Shown here one piece after another: positions 27,620-36,380 of a stretch of 64,000 bases of DNA. The notes beneath the pieces were generated by a model. The model made no database searches. It was not told the DNA's origin and was given only the letters and a program-made list of their open reading frames with translations. The DNA lies in contig OY970126.1 in NCBI GenBank assembly GCA_963705915.1, positions 296,306 to 360,305 of the forward strand, read 5' to 3'. How positions within the stretch are numbered: position 1 is the stretch's first letter; every line of letters starts with the position of its first letter. This DNA is from an uncultured bacterium (GTDB lineage Bacteria; Patescibacteriota; Minisyncoccia; UBA6257; 2-01-FULL-56-20). Both the position numbers and the translations under genes were made by a program.

Positions 27620-28528
27620 CTACGAAAACTGCACAAACGCGAGCGAGCCAATGATGATCGTGGCAAAAAGCGCCATCAGAACAACGAGCGAGCAGAGAAA
27701 CATGCTCCGCGCCCAACGGACGTCGTCGCGGGTGTAAAACCCGCGAACGCCAACGACAAACCAAACAAACCCAAGAGCGGCCGCGAGAATGCCGTACCAC
27801 GGATTTATGTAACCAAAATACGCGAGGAGAACGGTTGCGTAGATGTAGGCCATTACCAAAGTAACGATCGCAATCTTCGTCGTACGATTGCCGTGCTTTG
27901 CAGGAAGAATCGGAACACCGGCCGCCACATAGTCATGTGACCGACGAATCGAAATGGCAAAAAAATGCGGAATCTGCCAGGTGAATAAAATCATGAAAAG
28001 AAGCACGGCACCGAGATCAAGCTTGTTACTCACGGCCACGTAGCCAACAACGGGAGGCACGGCGCCGGCAACGGCGCCGACCGCAACCGCATACATTGTC
28101 CGCCGCTTCGCCCAGATGGTGTACATAACAACATAAAAGAATGCGCCGATGGCGGCCACGGCAACGGTGAGCAGGTTCGTGCCAATCGCAAGGAGCGCAA
28201 AACCAATCGCGCCGAGTACGATCCCATAGATGATCGCCGCGCGATTCGAAATCCTGTGAGTGACAAGCGCTCGATCCTTTGTGCGCTCCATCTTTCCATC
28301 AATCCCCCGATCGATGTAATTATTAAAAACACATCCGGAAGCAATCACAAAAGAAAGCCCAACGAGGGCAAACAGGAAAAGCTTGAGTGCTGGAATTATC
28401 GGGACGATAACGCTCGTCGACGGATCAACCACTCCCCCCTGAAGCGCAAGCGCAAACCCTCCCGCAAGCAGTACGGCGTTGCCATACACGATACCAGGCT
28501 TTACAAGGCTATAGTAGTCACGAAGCAT
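27620..28528 (-). CDS. cyoE: protoheme IX farnesyltransferase (heme O synthase)
   Basis: ORF track 302 aa; UbiA-family polytopic protein; operon position upstream of cyoABCD. Confidence 0.9.
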   Translation of the reverse strand: MLRDYYSLVKPGIVYGNAVLLAGGFALALQGGVVDPSTSVIVPIIPALKLFLFALVGLSFVIASGCVFNNYIDRGIDGKMERTKDRALVTHRISNRAAIIYGIVLGAIGFALLAIGTNLLTVAVAAIGAFFYVVMYTIWAKRRTMYAVAVGAVAGAVPPVVGYVAVSNKLDLGAVLLFMILFTWQIPHFFAISIRRSHDYVAAGVPILPAKHGNRTTKIAIVTLVMAYIYATVLLAYFGYINPWYGILAAALGFVWFVVGVRGFYTRDDVRWARSMFLCSLVVLMALFATIIIGSLAFVQFS

Positions 28529-28582
28529 GTGCTATTTAGTTTAGCACCTCGCAACAAAATAGACCCGCGACCTTCGCACTTC

Positions 28583-29272
28583 CTACCTCTTCTTCGGCGT
28601 CTTAATGACCCCAATCACTTTTCCATTGATCGTAAAATCGTCGCTTTCGTGAATATGGATTGCCGGGAAGTCATGCGTTGATTCGGACATGAGAAGAATC
28701 TGATTGTTCTCCTTGTCGATATAATATTTTTTGATGTTCGCCATGCCGTCGACGAGCGAAAGCACGATATCCCCACTCGCGGCGCTTTGGTCTTCGCTAT
28801 CGATAATCACATAGTCGCCGTCCTCGATGCGCTTGCCTCCAATCTCGGCGCGGTTCATTGAAGGACCGCTCACGCGAATGGCAAAGAGTCGATGTGCGGG
28901 AGCATCGGTCCGACCCGAGCCAACGGCACGAGCGTAACGGCGGTCGAGGAGAGATGTTGATGCCCGCAGATAGCCTTCAATATTCGTTTCCGCAAAAATT
29001 TGGGCAGGGCCGGCGTTTGCAGAACCCACGATTGGAATTCGGAGCAAGCGAGCGCCCTCAAGGCCGCCCGTTGCATATCCTTCTTTTGTTTTTTCTATAA
29101 TGCCTTTCATTTTATCGATTTTTATTAATCCGCGTTTTTCTAACTGCTGGAGGTGATGCTTGATCTTCTGCGGCGACCGCTCGCCGATGAATGCTCCTAT
29201 TTCGCGAAGCGTATACTTGCCAAGATTTTTCTCCCTGGCCAGAACTAAAAGTTTTTGTTGGATTTCGTGCAT
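28583..29272 (-). CDS. lexA: LexA-like S24 repressor
   Basis: ORF track 229 aa. N-terminal wHTH, C-terminal S24 peptidase motifs VSGPSM and K in IVLSLVDGMANIKKY. Confidence 0.85.
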   Translation of the reverse strand: MHEIQQKLLVLAREKNLGKYTLREIGAFIGERSPQKIKHHLQQLEKRGLIKIDKMKGIIEKTKEGYATGGLEGARLLRIPIVGSANAGPAQIFAETNIEGYLRASTSLLDRRYARAVGSGRTDAPAHRLFAIRVSGPSMNRAEIGGKRIEDGDYVIIDSEDQSAASGDIVLSLVDGMANIKKYYIDKENNQILLMSESTHDFPAIHIHESDDFTINGKVIGVIKTPKKR

Positions 29273-29286
29273 ATAGTAATAATAAA

Positions 29287-29315
29287 TGCCTTATTTTTAG
29301 TGTCAAGCATAACTG
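29287..29315 (-). promoter_or_regulatory. candidate sigma70-like promoter for lexA (TTGACA-17nt-ATTATT)
   Basis: Read on the minus strand just upstream of the lexA ATG. The -10 is weak. Confidence 0.3.
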
Positions 29316-29394
29316 TGGACAACCTTGACAGCACCACAAATTCAAACCCCCCGCTAGGGGGATCGCTCAAGCTCGGCGATTTCGGGTCGAAGAC

Positions 29395-29830
29395 GAAATC
29401 GGAGCCATTGCTGAGCTATCCCATTCGGAGGGTCTGGAATATGCATGATTGAGTTTTTAACGGTACTTTTTATCCAAGGAGAGCCGGGCGTATGGCGGGC
29501 TATCGTGTCGCAGGCGCGTTGTGAGGATTCCCCTATTCCTCCCTGCGATCAGATGGACCATAGTCAGCACGGGAACATGCGATGCGGATATTTCCGGCAT
29601 GGAGTCGCTTTAAAGTCGGTTCACATAGACTCCTTGTCTTTGGGAGCTTCAGGTCATATCAATTGCCTGGCCCCAACTAAGATTTCCGGTTATCCGGCTG
29701 CATGGTTATCGTCGGTAGCATCTCTCGCATTGGTCCACCGCCTTCCCTGATTCCCCTATGAGTAGTGCATAGGACGTAATCTGCTTATTCTTTATTTGGA
29801 CCTTTTTTACTATCTGGGCCGGCTCCATGG
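29395..29830 (+). ncRNA. candidate structured RNA in a 600-bp ORF-free gap; weak RNase P RNA-like features
   Basis: AAGGAGAGCCGGGCGUAUGGCGGGC resembles the bacterial RNase P P4 5' strand GGAAAGUCCGGGCUCCAUAGGGC. A complementary UCCGGCU lies ~270 nt downstream. Helices are possible at tcgcagg/cctgcga and 5' tcggagcc / 3' ggctccat. Family and boundaries are not established. Confidence 0.25.
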
Positions 29831-29888
29831 CTGCCGGTTCAGCATTTACTACAAGCCCATATTTTCTTTATTACAAAAATTTTATCGC

Positions 29889-30578
29889 TCAAGGTCCGAT
29901 TTTATCGATTGCCGAAGCTTCGATGTATCCGTTCGGATCGCGGACGCCGAAAACCACCACCAAATCTCCTGTTTTAACGTTGAGTATCGTGTCTGTTGCG
30001 AGGCCAGAGCTCAAAAGGACCGTGGACGTTTCGCCGCTTAAGCCTTCTAGAATGAAGCCGTTTGAGGCCATGGTGATGATTTCCCCGCGATGGACGTCTG
30101 AAATGTCGCCGGCATCATAACTTGAATAATAGCCACTCAAAATCGGCGGGTTATTATAGTCCGGAAGATACGATCCAACCGGCGTGACGGCCACGACAAA
30201 ACTCGCTGCGGTGAGTACAATGAGAATCCCAAGGAGCGAATACAAAAGCGGCCGCTGGTACGAGAAGGCGAAATGGTTTACGAGGATCACGAGGACGAGA
30301 AGGAAAATAAGCGAAAGGACGATGAGGAGCCACGGGAGTGATCGGAAAAATATATACCATCCGGAGACCCCCATGCCAGGCGCATAAAGAAGACCAGACT
30401 GACGCAAGAGGAAGAGGAAGAATCCAATAATATAAATGAGGAAGAGGCCAAGAATTACGCCTCCCACGACGGCGAGTATGGTCTGCAGCGCAAAATACCA
30501 TTTTGACCGCATTTTAACCCGGCCACTTTCGATGGCTTCGAAAACATTCTTTTGTATGGCTTGTTCTTCTCTCGACAT
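29889..30578 (-). CDS. membrane protein downstream of ECF sigma factor (putative anti-sigma factor)
   Basis: ORF track ORF from 30752. The start MSREEQAIQKNVFEAIE at 30578 abuts the sigma-factor stop. Four TM helices plus a C-terminal beta-rich domain. Confidence 0.6.
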   Translation of the reverse strand: MSREEQAIQKNVFEAIESGRVKMRSKWYFALQTILAVVGGVILGLFLIYIIGFFLFLLRQSGLLYAPGMGVSGWYIFFRSLPWLLIVLSLIFLLVLVILVNHFAFSYQRPLLYSLLGILIVLTAASFVVAVTPVGSYLPDYNNPPILSGYYSSYDAGDISDVHRGEIITMASNGFILEGLSGETSTVLLSSGLATDTILNVKTGDLVVVFGVRDPNGYIEASAIDKIGP

Positions 30579-30579
30579 G

Positions 30580-31164
30580 TTAGGTTTTGACCATTTTTTT
30601 GAGCATGGCCTTGCCGCGCTGAAGGCGGACACCAACCGTGGACACCGGAATGCGTAGAATGTCGGCAATAGCTTTGTAGTCCATCTCCTCAAAATAATAC
30701 AGGATGAGCGGCTCTTTGTATTTGGGGCTAAGCTTGTCGAGCGAACTCTCAAGCATGGTCTTGAGCTCTTGATGGCTCATACCGCCGTCGGCCGTTTCTT
30801 TGGCGATAAGGTGCGGAAATAGGATATCGAAATCGAATACGGAAACATTTTCCCGCTCCTTTTGTTTTTTCTTTACGGCGTTCACGAATTCATTGTGCGC
30901 GATACGATAGATCCAAGGGGAAAACCGTCGGTCGGCATCGAAACTTTTGATATTCACGTAGGCTTTAATAAAAATTTCCTGGACGAGATCTTTCACGTCA
31001 TCGCCCTGAAATAGGAAGCGGCGCGCATAGCGGCTCATCTTTGCCTCGTATCGCTCCATAAGAATTCGAAACGACTCGGCGTCGCCCCGCTGGACCGCCA
31101 CAGCGATTTGCTCATCCGTTTTGTCATGCATGACAAAGTATGAATCTACTACAGCAGTAGTCAT
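30580..31164 (-). CDS. ECF-type sigma-70 family RNA polymerase sigma factor
   Basis: ORF track 194 aa. Region 2 (DLVQEIFIKAY...FSPWIYRIAHNEF) and region 4 (YKAIADILRIPVSTVGVRLQRGKAML). Confidence 0.9.
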   Translation of the reverse strand: MTTAVVDSYFVMHDKTDEQIAVAVQRGDAESFRILMERYEAKMSRYARRFLFQGDDVKDLVQEIFIKAYVNIKSFDADRRFSPWIYRIAHNEFVNAVKKKQKERENVSVFDFDILFPHLIAKETADGGMSHQELKTMLESSLDKLSPKYKEPLILYYFEEMDYKAIADILRIPVSTVGVRLQRGKAMLKKMVKT

Positions 31165-31201
31165 AAATTTATTTCACCATAAAGCCCTCTATAGCTATAT
31201 C

Positions 31202-31228
31202 TACGACTCCTCTGGCGAGTTTGTTTCC
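31202..31228 (-). promoter_or_regulatory. ECF-type promoter (GGAAAC-17nt-CGTA) upstream of the ECF sigma gene
   Basis: Minus-strand read aaaaGGAAACaaactcgccagaggagtCGTAgatata, ~35 nt upstream of the sigma start codon. Resembles ECF autoregulatory promoters. Confidence 0.4.
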
Positions 31229-31249
31229 TTTTGCTTAGAATAACCTCAC

Positions 31250-31708
31250 ATGGATACCGAGCCCGAAACAGAAGCGACGACCCCGGCGGCGGGCACAAAC
31301 ACGCCGCCAACCAAACATCCCCGCATCATGATGTGGGTTTGGATTTTGCTCGGCGTTTCTGCGGCGCTATCGGTGTATGTCTACACGCAATCGTTGCCGC
31401 CGCCTTTTGGGCTTTATGATGCCTTTGCCAAGTGTATCGCCTCAACAACAACGAAATTTTATGGCGCCTGGTGGTGTCCGCACTGCCGCGAGCAAAAAAC
31501 TGAATTTGGCGACGCGGCGCAATATCTTCCCTATGTGGAATGTTCAACACCCGATGGTTCTGGAGAACTTGCAGTGTGCACGACTATCGGCATCACCAAC
31601 TATCCAACCTGGATCTTCCCGGACGGGTCACGCCTCACGGGAACAACCCCCCTCGCAACGCTTGCAGAAAAGACCGGCTGCGCATTGCCCACGAGCACGC
31701 ACACCTAA
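31250..31708 (+). CDS. membrane-anchored thioredoxin-like protein (CxxC = WCPHC)
   Basis: ORF track 152 aa. TM MMWVWILLGVSAALSVYVY, then WWCPHCREQK. Partner of the adjacent VKOR. Confidence 0.8.
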   Translation: MDTEPETEATTPAAGTNTPPTKHPRIMMWVWILLGVSAALSVYVYTQSLPPPFGLYDAFAKCIASTTTKFYGAWWCPHCREQKTEFGDAAQYLPYVECSTPDGSGELAVCTTIGITNYPTWIFPDGSRLTGTTPLATLAEKTGCALPTSTHT

Positions 31709-31749
31709 TGCGTGGACAATCGGCGGCTAAAATGAAAGAATAGACCAAT

Positions 31750-32298
31750 ATGACACCTTTTGTGCAAAACGTCACAAACCTCCTTTCCCTTGTTATCATC
31801 GCCTCCGACGCGCTCGCCGTTTTCCTCTTTCTATTGCTGGTAACGCCGCTCAAAGCGAGCGCACGGGGCAAAGCGGTGCTCGGATTTTTTGGCGACAATG
31901 CCATTGTTTTTTCGTTGCTCGTCGCCCTCGGCTCGATCGGCGGCAGCTTGTTCTATTCCGAGATCGCAAATTTCACACCATGCCTTCTCTGCTGGTGGGC
32001 GCGCATCCTGCTCTATCCGCAAGCGGTAATCCTCTTTGTCGCGCTCATTGCAAACGATGAACGGGTGCGGAAATATTGCGCCACGCTTTCGGCAATGGGG
32101 GTCTTGCTCACAACCTATCACACGTATCTTCAGTTTGGCGGCAACGACTTACTCCCCTGCTCGGCGAGCGGCACGAGCTGCAACCATGTGTATTTTGTGA
32201 CCTATGGCTATATTACGATCCCGACGATGGCGCTCACCGCGTTCGCGCTTATATTGCTTTTCTGTCTGATGCCATCGAAGCGCTCAAAAACGTCTTAA
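31750..32298 (+). CDS. vitamin K epoxide reductase (VKOR) family protein
   Basis: ORF track 182 aa, 4-5 TM. CLLCWW active-site CxxC in a TM helix, with additional loop cysteines. Confidence 0.85.
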   Translation: MTPFVQNVTNLLSLVIIASDALAVFLFLLLVTPLKASARGKAVLGFFGDNAIVFSLLVALGSIGGSLFYSEIANFTPCLLCWWARILLYPQAVILFVALIANDERVRKYCATLSAMGVLLTTYHTYLQFGGNDLLPCSASGTSCNHVYFVTYGYITIPTMALTAFALILLFCLMPSKRSKTS

Positions 32299-33010
32299 CT
32301 TCTTCCCAGGCTTTTGCCGCAGCATCGGCGTTGTAGAGTACCTTATTTCTTTCGTTAAAAAATCCATGTCCGGTGCCGGAATAGACTATCTTCCGGAAGT
32401 TCTTTTGATGTTTTTGCATGTTGGCTTCGAGTTCCGGCAACGTCTGCATAAGGCGCTCATCTTTTTCGCCGTAGAGCGCGAGGACCGGACAATTGATCTT
32501 TGCGAGGGCTTCTTCGGTCGGCGGCTGGCCATAGAACGCAACGGCAGCCGCCACGTCCGGCTCCGCACCGGCGAATGCAAACGAGTAGGTCCCGCCGAAG
32601 CAAAAGCCAAGGATGCCAACCACACCATTGCCGTGTTCGTGCGATCGGAGTAAATCAAAACATGCTTTCAGCTTCTTGATTGTCCGCGCGGCAAATTCTG
32701 GCGTGTGAATCGGAGCCGTTGCGGCGCGCATCTTTGCCTGGGCGGCACTTTTTACGGCCTCATCAGGGCTCGCCATTTCCTGCAAGAGCTCCGGCCCAAC
32801 AAATTCCAGCATCTCACCCGTCATGAGATCTGGCGCGAGCGCGCGATATCCCTCAGCCGCCAAGCGATCGGCAACGCCGCGAATTTGATCATTCAAACCC
32901 CAAATCTCGTGGATAACGATGATCGCTGGCGCAGGAACTTCTTTTGGATGCGAAAGATAGGCGTCGAATGTTTTTCCTTCTGCAGTAATTTTTATGGTTT
33001 CGTTGTTCAT
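32249..33010 (-). CDS. dienelactone hydrolase family protein
   Basis: ORF track 253 aa. GFCFGG nucleophile elbow and DLH-like layout. Confidence 0.85.
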   Translation of the reverse strand: MNNETIKITAEGKTFDAYLSHPKEVPAPAIIVIHEIWGLNDQIRGVADRLAAEGYRALAPDLMTGEMLEFVGPELLQEMASPDEAVKSAAQAKMRAATAPIHTPEFAARTIKKLKACFDLLRSHEHGNGVVGILGFCFGGTYSFAFAGAEPDVAAAVAFYGQPPTEEALAKINCPVLALYGEKDERLMQTLPELEANMQKHQKNFRKIVYSGTGHGFFNERNKVLYNADAAAKAWEEVKTFLSASMASDRKAI

Positions 33011-33050
33011 GGTTTATAGAGATGTTTTATATAGATAGTACGATTAGCTT

Positions 33051-34196
33051 CTACGAAAAGGTTACGGCTACGATTTCCGACCTCGTGCCGAGTCTGAGCG
33101 GCGGTCCCCACGTGCCAACACCGCTCGACGTGCACACCCACATTTTTTCGAATTGCTTGAAGCCGTAATCAAAACCGTTGTACATCTGTTTCGTGATATA
33201 CGTGAGCGGATAAATCTGGCCCCGATGGGTGTGGCCGAAGAAGCCAAGCGCAAATCCTTTTTTTACCGCAACGTCGAGGTTGTCCGGCTCATGTTTCATG
33301 AGGACGGCAGGTATGGTGCTCGAGAGCTCAATGTGGCTCAAAACATCTTCAAAATCTTTCCGATTGTGCGTGTCTTCATAATCAACGCCAACGATCTCCA
33401 ATCCTTCAATTTCGATCTTCTCATTTTCTAAAATATTGATATGCGCGCCTTGAATCGCCGCCATATATCGATCAATCTGACCATAAAACTCGTGGTTGCC
33501 AGTGACGTAGTGCACGCCGTGAGACGCCGTGAGGTTGCCAAACGGTTCCACAATCTTTTCGGCGTCGCAGCGCACGCCGTCATACATATCACCGCCGATA
33601 AGGACCACAGCCGGGGCAATCGCATTGATCCGATCAACAACCTTGCGGGCGAACTTTTCTTTACGGATGGCACCCAGATGGACATCGCTCACAAAAACGA
33701 GTGGGTGTTCTTTCCAAAATGCAGAAATGCCTGGGAGTTTCGCGCTAACCCGCGTTATTTGGGCGCGGCCACTGTTCCAAGTGCCGTAGGAGTGGATAAA
33801 GAAAAGCGGGACGAAACACACGATCCCGAGAGCAAAGAGGTTGATATACCAACCAAGCATCGTGGCGAAAAATAAAACAAAAAAGAACAGTACGCCGCCG
33901 ACAAAAAGGAAATGTACTAGCCCAAACCAGTAGGCAGCGAAAGCGTAATACCATTGCGCGATACGGTTCCGGGACCAGTGGACAATGAGCGAAGCGGTGA
34001 CAAACGTGAGGGCAAGCAATATGAATGCCACCCGCATTGCCGTGCTATCGAAGCCGAATGCCGCCGAGAGCGTTTCATAGACTGCGAGATGCACGAAAAT
34101 CAAAAGCACCTGAAACGCAACAAGCGTACCGGCGAATGCTATGCGCACGGACTTCCTATAATGCAACGTCGGCTTATGGGGTAAGGCTTTTGCCAT
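33051..34196 (-). CDS. membrane-anchored metallophosphoesterase
   Basis: ORF track 381 aa. N-terminal TMs, then calcineurin-like motifs VSDVHLG, GGDMYDG, GNHEF, GHTHRGQ. Confidence 0.85.
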   Translation of the reverse strand: MAKALPHKPTLHYRKSVRIAFAGTLVAFQVLLIFVHLAVYETLSAAFGFDSTAMRVAFILLALTFVTASLIVHWSRNRIAQWYYAFAAYWFGLVHFLFVGGVLFFFVLFFATMLGWYINLFALGIVCFVPLFFIHSYGTWNSGRAQITRVSAKLPGISAFWKEHPLVFVSDVHLGAIRKEKFARKVVDRINAIAPAVVLIGGDMYDGVRCDAEKIVEPFGNLTASHGVHYVTGNHEFYGQIDRYMAAIQGAHINILENEKIEIEGLEIVGVDYEDTHNRKDFEDVLSHIELSSTIPAVLMKHEPDNLDVAVKKGFALGFFGHTHRGQIYPLTYITKQMYNGFDYGFKQFEKMWVCTSSGVGTWGPPLRLGTRSEIVAVTFS

Positions 34197-34208
34197 AAAT
34201 GTTGGTTA

Positions 34209-35720
34209 TTATTCCGCAATAATAATATGCCCGTGCGCGGTCGCTTCTTTCGGCACGCGGATAAGGAATGAAGCGAACGCACCGATAATGATAACAATTG
34301 CAGCGATTTCAAACACGAACGCATATCCCGCAACCTCGGCTTTGAGGATAATAAGACCGACAAATTGCTGCATGACGATTGGCAACGTCGCTGGATTGGT
34401 ATTCTGGAGGACACTATTCTGTGCAATCGAAAAAACCTGGCCGTTGATAACGGAGGTGAGCAAGGTGCTAAAGATGGCGACGCCGAACGCGCCGGAAATA
34501 TTGCGCACGAGCGCGAGCACGGCGGACGCCTCACCGATATCTTCCTGCGGCACAGCAACGGCAACGAGATTGGTTCGCTGCGCCATGCCGAAGCCAAGCG
34601 CGAACGCCATAAATGAAAGTGGAATCGAAATCTGGAGCGCGGTCCAGCGCGGGTCGAGGCCGGCAAGCGCAAGCATCGCAAGGCCCGAGCCGAGCGTGCT
34701 TGCAAAGATGACGATCGACGGCTTCACTTTCCCAATGAGCCGCCCGCCAAGCGGCGCCGCAATCATGAGACCTATGGCGAGTGGAATGAAAAGGTACCCG
34801 GTTTGCGTGGCGTCATACCCCAGAAATGTTTCAGCGAAAATCGGGACGAGAAAAATGGCGCCGATGAGGCCCATGAACACAATAAAGTTATTAATGAGCG
34901 TATTTACAAAAACGCTGCTTTCAAAAAACTTTAAGTTGACGATCGGCTCGGTCTCATTTATTTCGATGTGATAGAAAATGATGGCAAAAGCTACCGTGGC
35001 AATGTAGCAGGCAATGCTCGTAACCGATCCCCATCCCCACGTTTGGCCTTGGTCGAGCACCAGGGTGAGCGCAGCAAGCGACGCGCCGAGCGCGGACGAG
35101 CCCCACCAATCAAAATGGGCGCTCCGCTTCTCTCCAACCGATTCGCTGATGAAGGTGAGTGCGAGGAAAAGACCGATGAGGCCGAGCGGAATGTTCACAA
35201 AAAATACCGCTCGCCAGTTGAAATTGTCGATGAGCGGGCCGCCGATCAAGGGACCGAAGACCGAAGCGGCGGCGAACGCTGACGACCAAATGCCAAGCGC
35301 CTGGGCTCGCTCTTTCATATCGGTAAAGGTAACCGCGATGATGGCCATCGCCGTCGGATAGTCGGCAGACACCGCGAACCCCTGGATGATGCGGAATAAA
35401 ATCATCGACGTCAGATTCCATGCAACGGCGCACAGCCCCGATGCGATAATAAAACCTATAAACCCTATGAGATAAATGCGCTTTCGGCCGGCGGTATCGC
35501 CAAGCTTCCCCCACACGGGCACGAAGACAGCATTGGCCAAAATATAGGCAGTTGAGATCCAGGCGGCATCCGTTACGCTGATGCCAAAATCACCGATGAT
35601 CTTCGGAAGCGCGAGATTAACAACCGTCTGATCGAGACGGCCAAGGAAGGTGCCGAAAATCACCGTTCCAAGAATCCACCAGCGTAGATTGCTTTGCTTT
35701 GCGTGCGCCTCTTCCGGCAT
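34209..35720 (-). CDS. MFS drug:H+ antiporter (14-TM, EmrB/QacA-like)
   Basis: ORF track 503 aa. LGRLDQTVVNLALPKI and GKLGDTAGRKR are MFS motifs. Confidence 0.9.
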   Translation of the reverse strand: MPEEAHAKQSNLRWWILGTVIFGTFLGRLDQTVVNLALPKIIGDFGISVTDAAWISTAYILANAVFVPVWGKLGDTAGRKRIYLIGFIGFIIASGLCAVAWNLTSMILFRIIQGFAVSADYPTAMAIIAVTFTDMKERAQALGIWSSAFAAASVFGPLIGGPLIDNFNWRAVFFVNIPLGLIGLFLALTFISESVGEKRSAHFDWWGSSALGASLAALTLVLDQGQTWGWGSVTSIACYIATVAFAIIFYHIEINETEPIVNLKFFESSVFVNTLINNFIVFMGLIGAIFLVPIFAETFLGYDATQTGYLFIPLAIGLMIAAPLGGRLIGKVKPSIVIFASTLGSGLAMLALAGLDPRWTALQISIPLSFMAFALGFGMAQRTNLVAVAVPQEDIGEASAVLALVRNISGAFGVAIFSTLLTSVINGQVFSIAQNSVLQNTNPATLPIVMQQFVGLIILKAEVAGYAFVFEIAAIVIIIGAFASFLIRVPKEATAHGHIIIAE

Positions 35721-35725
35721 AGGCG

Positions 35726-36373
35726 CTATTTCTTATACACCCAGATCCGGGCTGACATGCCGTTCTTGAGCTGTGGATATTTCGTGGGGTCAAAGCGGAC
35801 ATAGACATCGAATTCGTTCGTCGGGCGCTGGTCGGAAATGTCGAACACGACATCGCTCGCACGCGACGTCGGGCTCACTTCGTCAACAACGCCTTCAAAT
35901 TGTTCCGACCCAAACGCATCAACGGTAAATGTCGCGGCATCACCGACTTGCACATCGGACAATCCTGCATTTTCGTCGAGATAGCCGACAACACGAAGTT
36001 GGGTCGGGTCGATCATTGTCGCAACGACATCTTGCCCTGTGAGCGCGTTTTCGAATTCACCGATGTTTTGATCCACGGAAACAATCTCGCCGCTCGTCTG
36101 TGCCTTCACGATTTCATTGCCGACTTCCGCAACGGGTTCGTCCGTTGTCACCATGTCGCCAACATTCACAAACACCGCTTGAAGGTTTCCGGAGTTTGCG
36201 GGCGACAGGTTGATGAGCGGCGCCTGGATCACCGACTGGTCGATATAGACGGTCTGTGCGGAAACATACCAATAGAGGACGCCGCCAATGCCGCCGACAA
36301 TAACAAGCACAACCATAATCCACACGATCAAACGACTCCGCTTTTTATTTTCTTTTTGTTCGCCTTCGGGCAT
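35726..36373 (-). CDS. HlyD/EmrA-family periplasmic adaptor (short form)
   Basis: ORF track 215 aa. N-terminal TM, biotinyl-lipoyl-like and beta-barrel segments. Immediately upstream of the MFS pump. Confidence 0.75.
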   Translation of the reverse strand: MPEGEQKENKKRSRLIVWIMVVLVIVGGIGGVLYWYVSAQTVYIDQSVIQAPLINLSPANSGNLQAVFVNVGDMVTTDEPVAEVGNEIVKAQTSGEIVSVDQNIGEFENALTGQDVVATMIDPTQLRVVGYLDENAGLSDVQVGDAATFTVDAFGSEQFEGVVDEVSPTSRASDVVFDISDQRPTNEFDVYVRFDPTKYPQLKNGMSARIWVYKK

Positions 36374-36380
36374 GTTTTTA

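Noticed and set aside
29273-29888. CRISPR array or mobile element in the long non-coding gap
   Set aside because: There are no direct repeats of CRISPR type, no terminal inverted repeats and no transposase or integrase ORF. A structured-RNA explanation is preferred but unproven.
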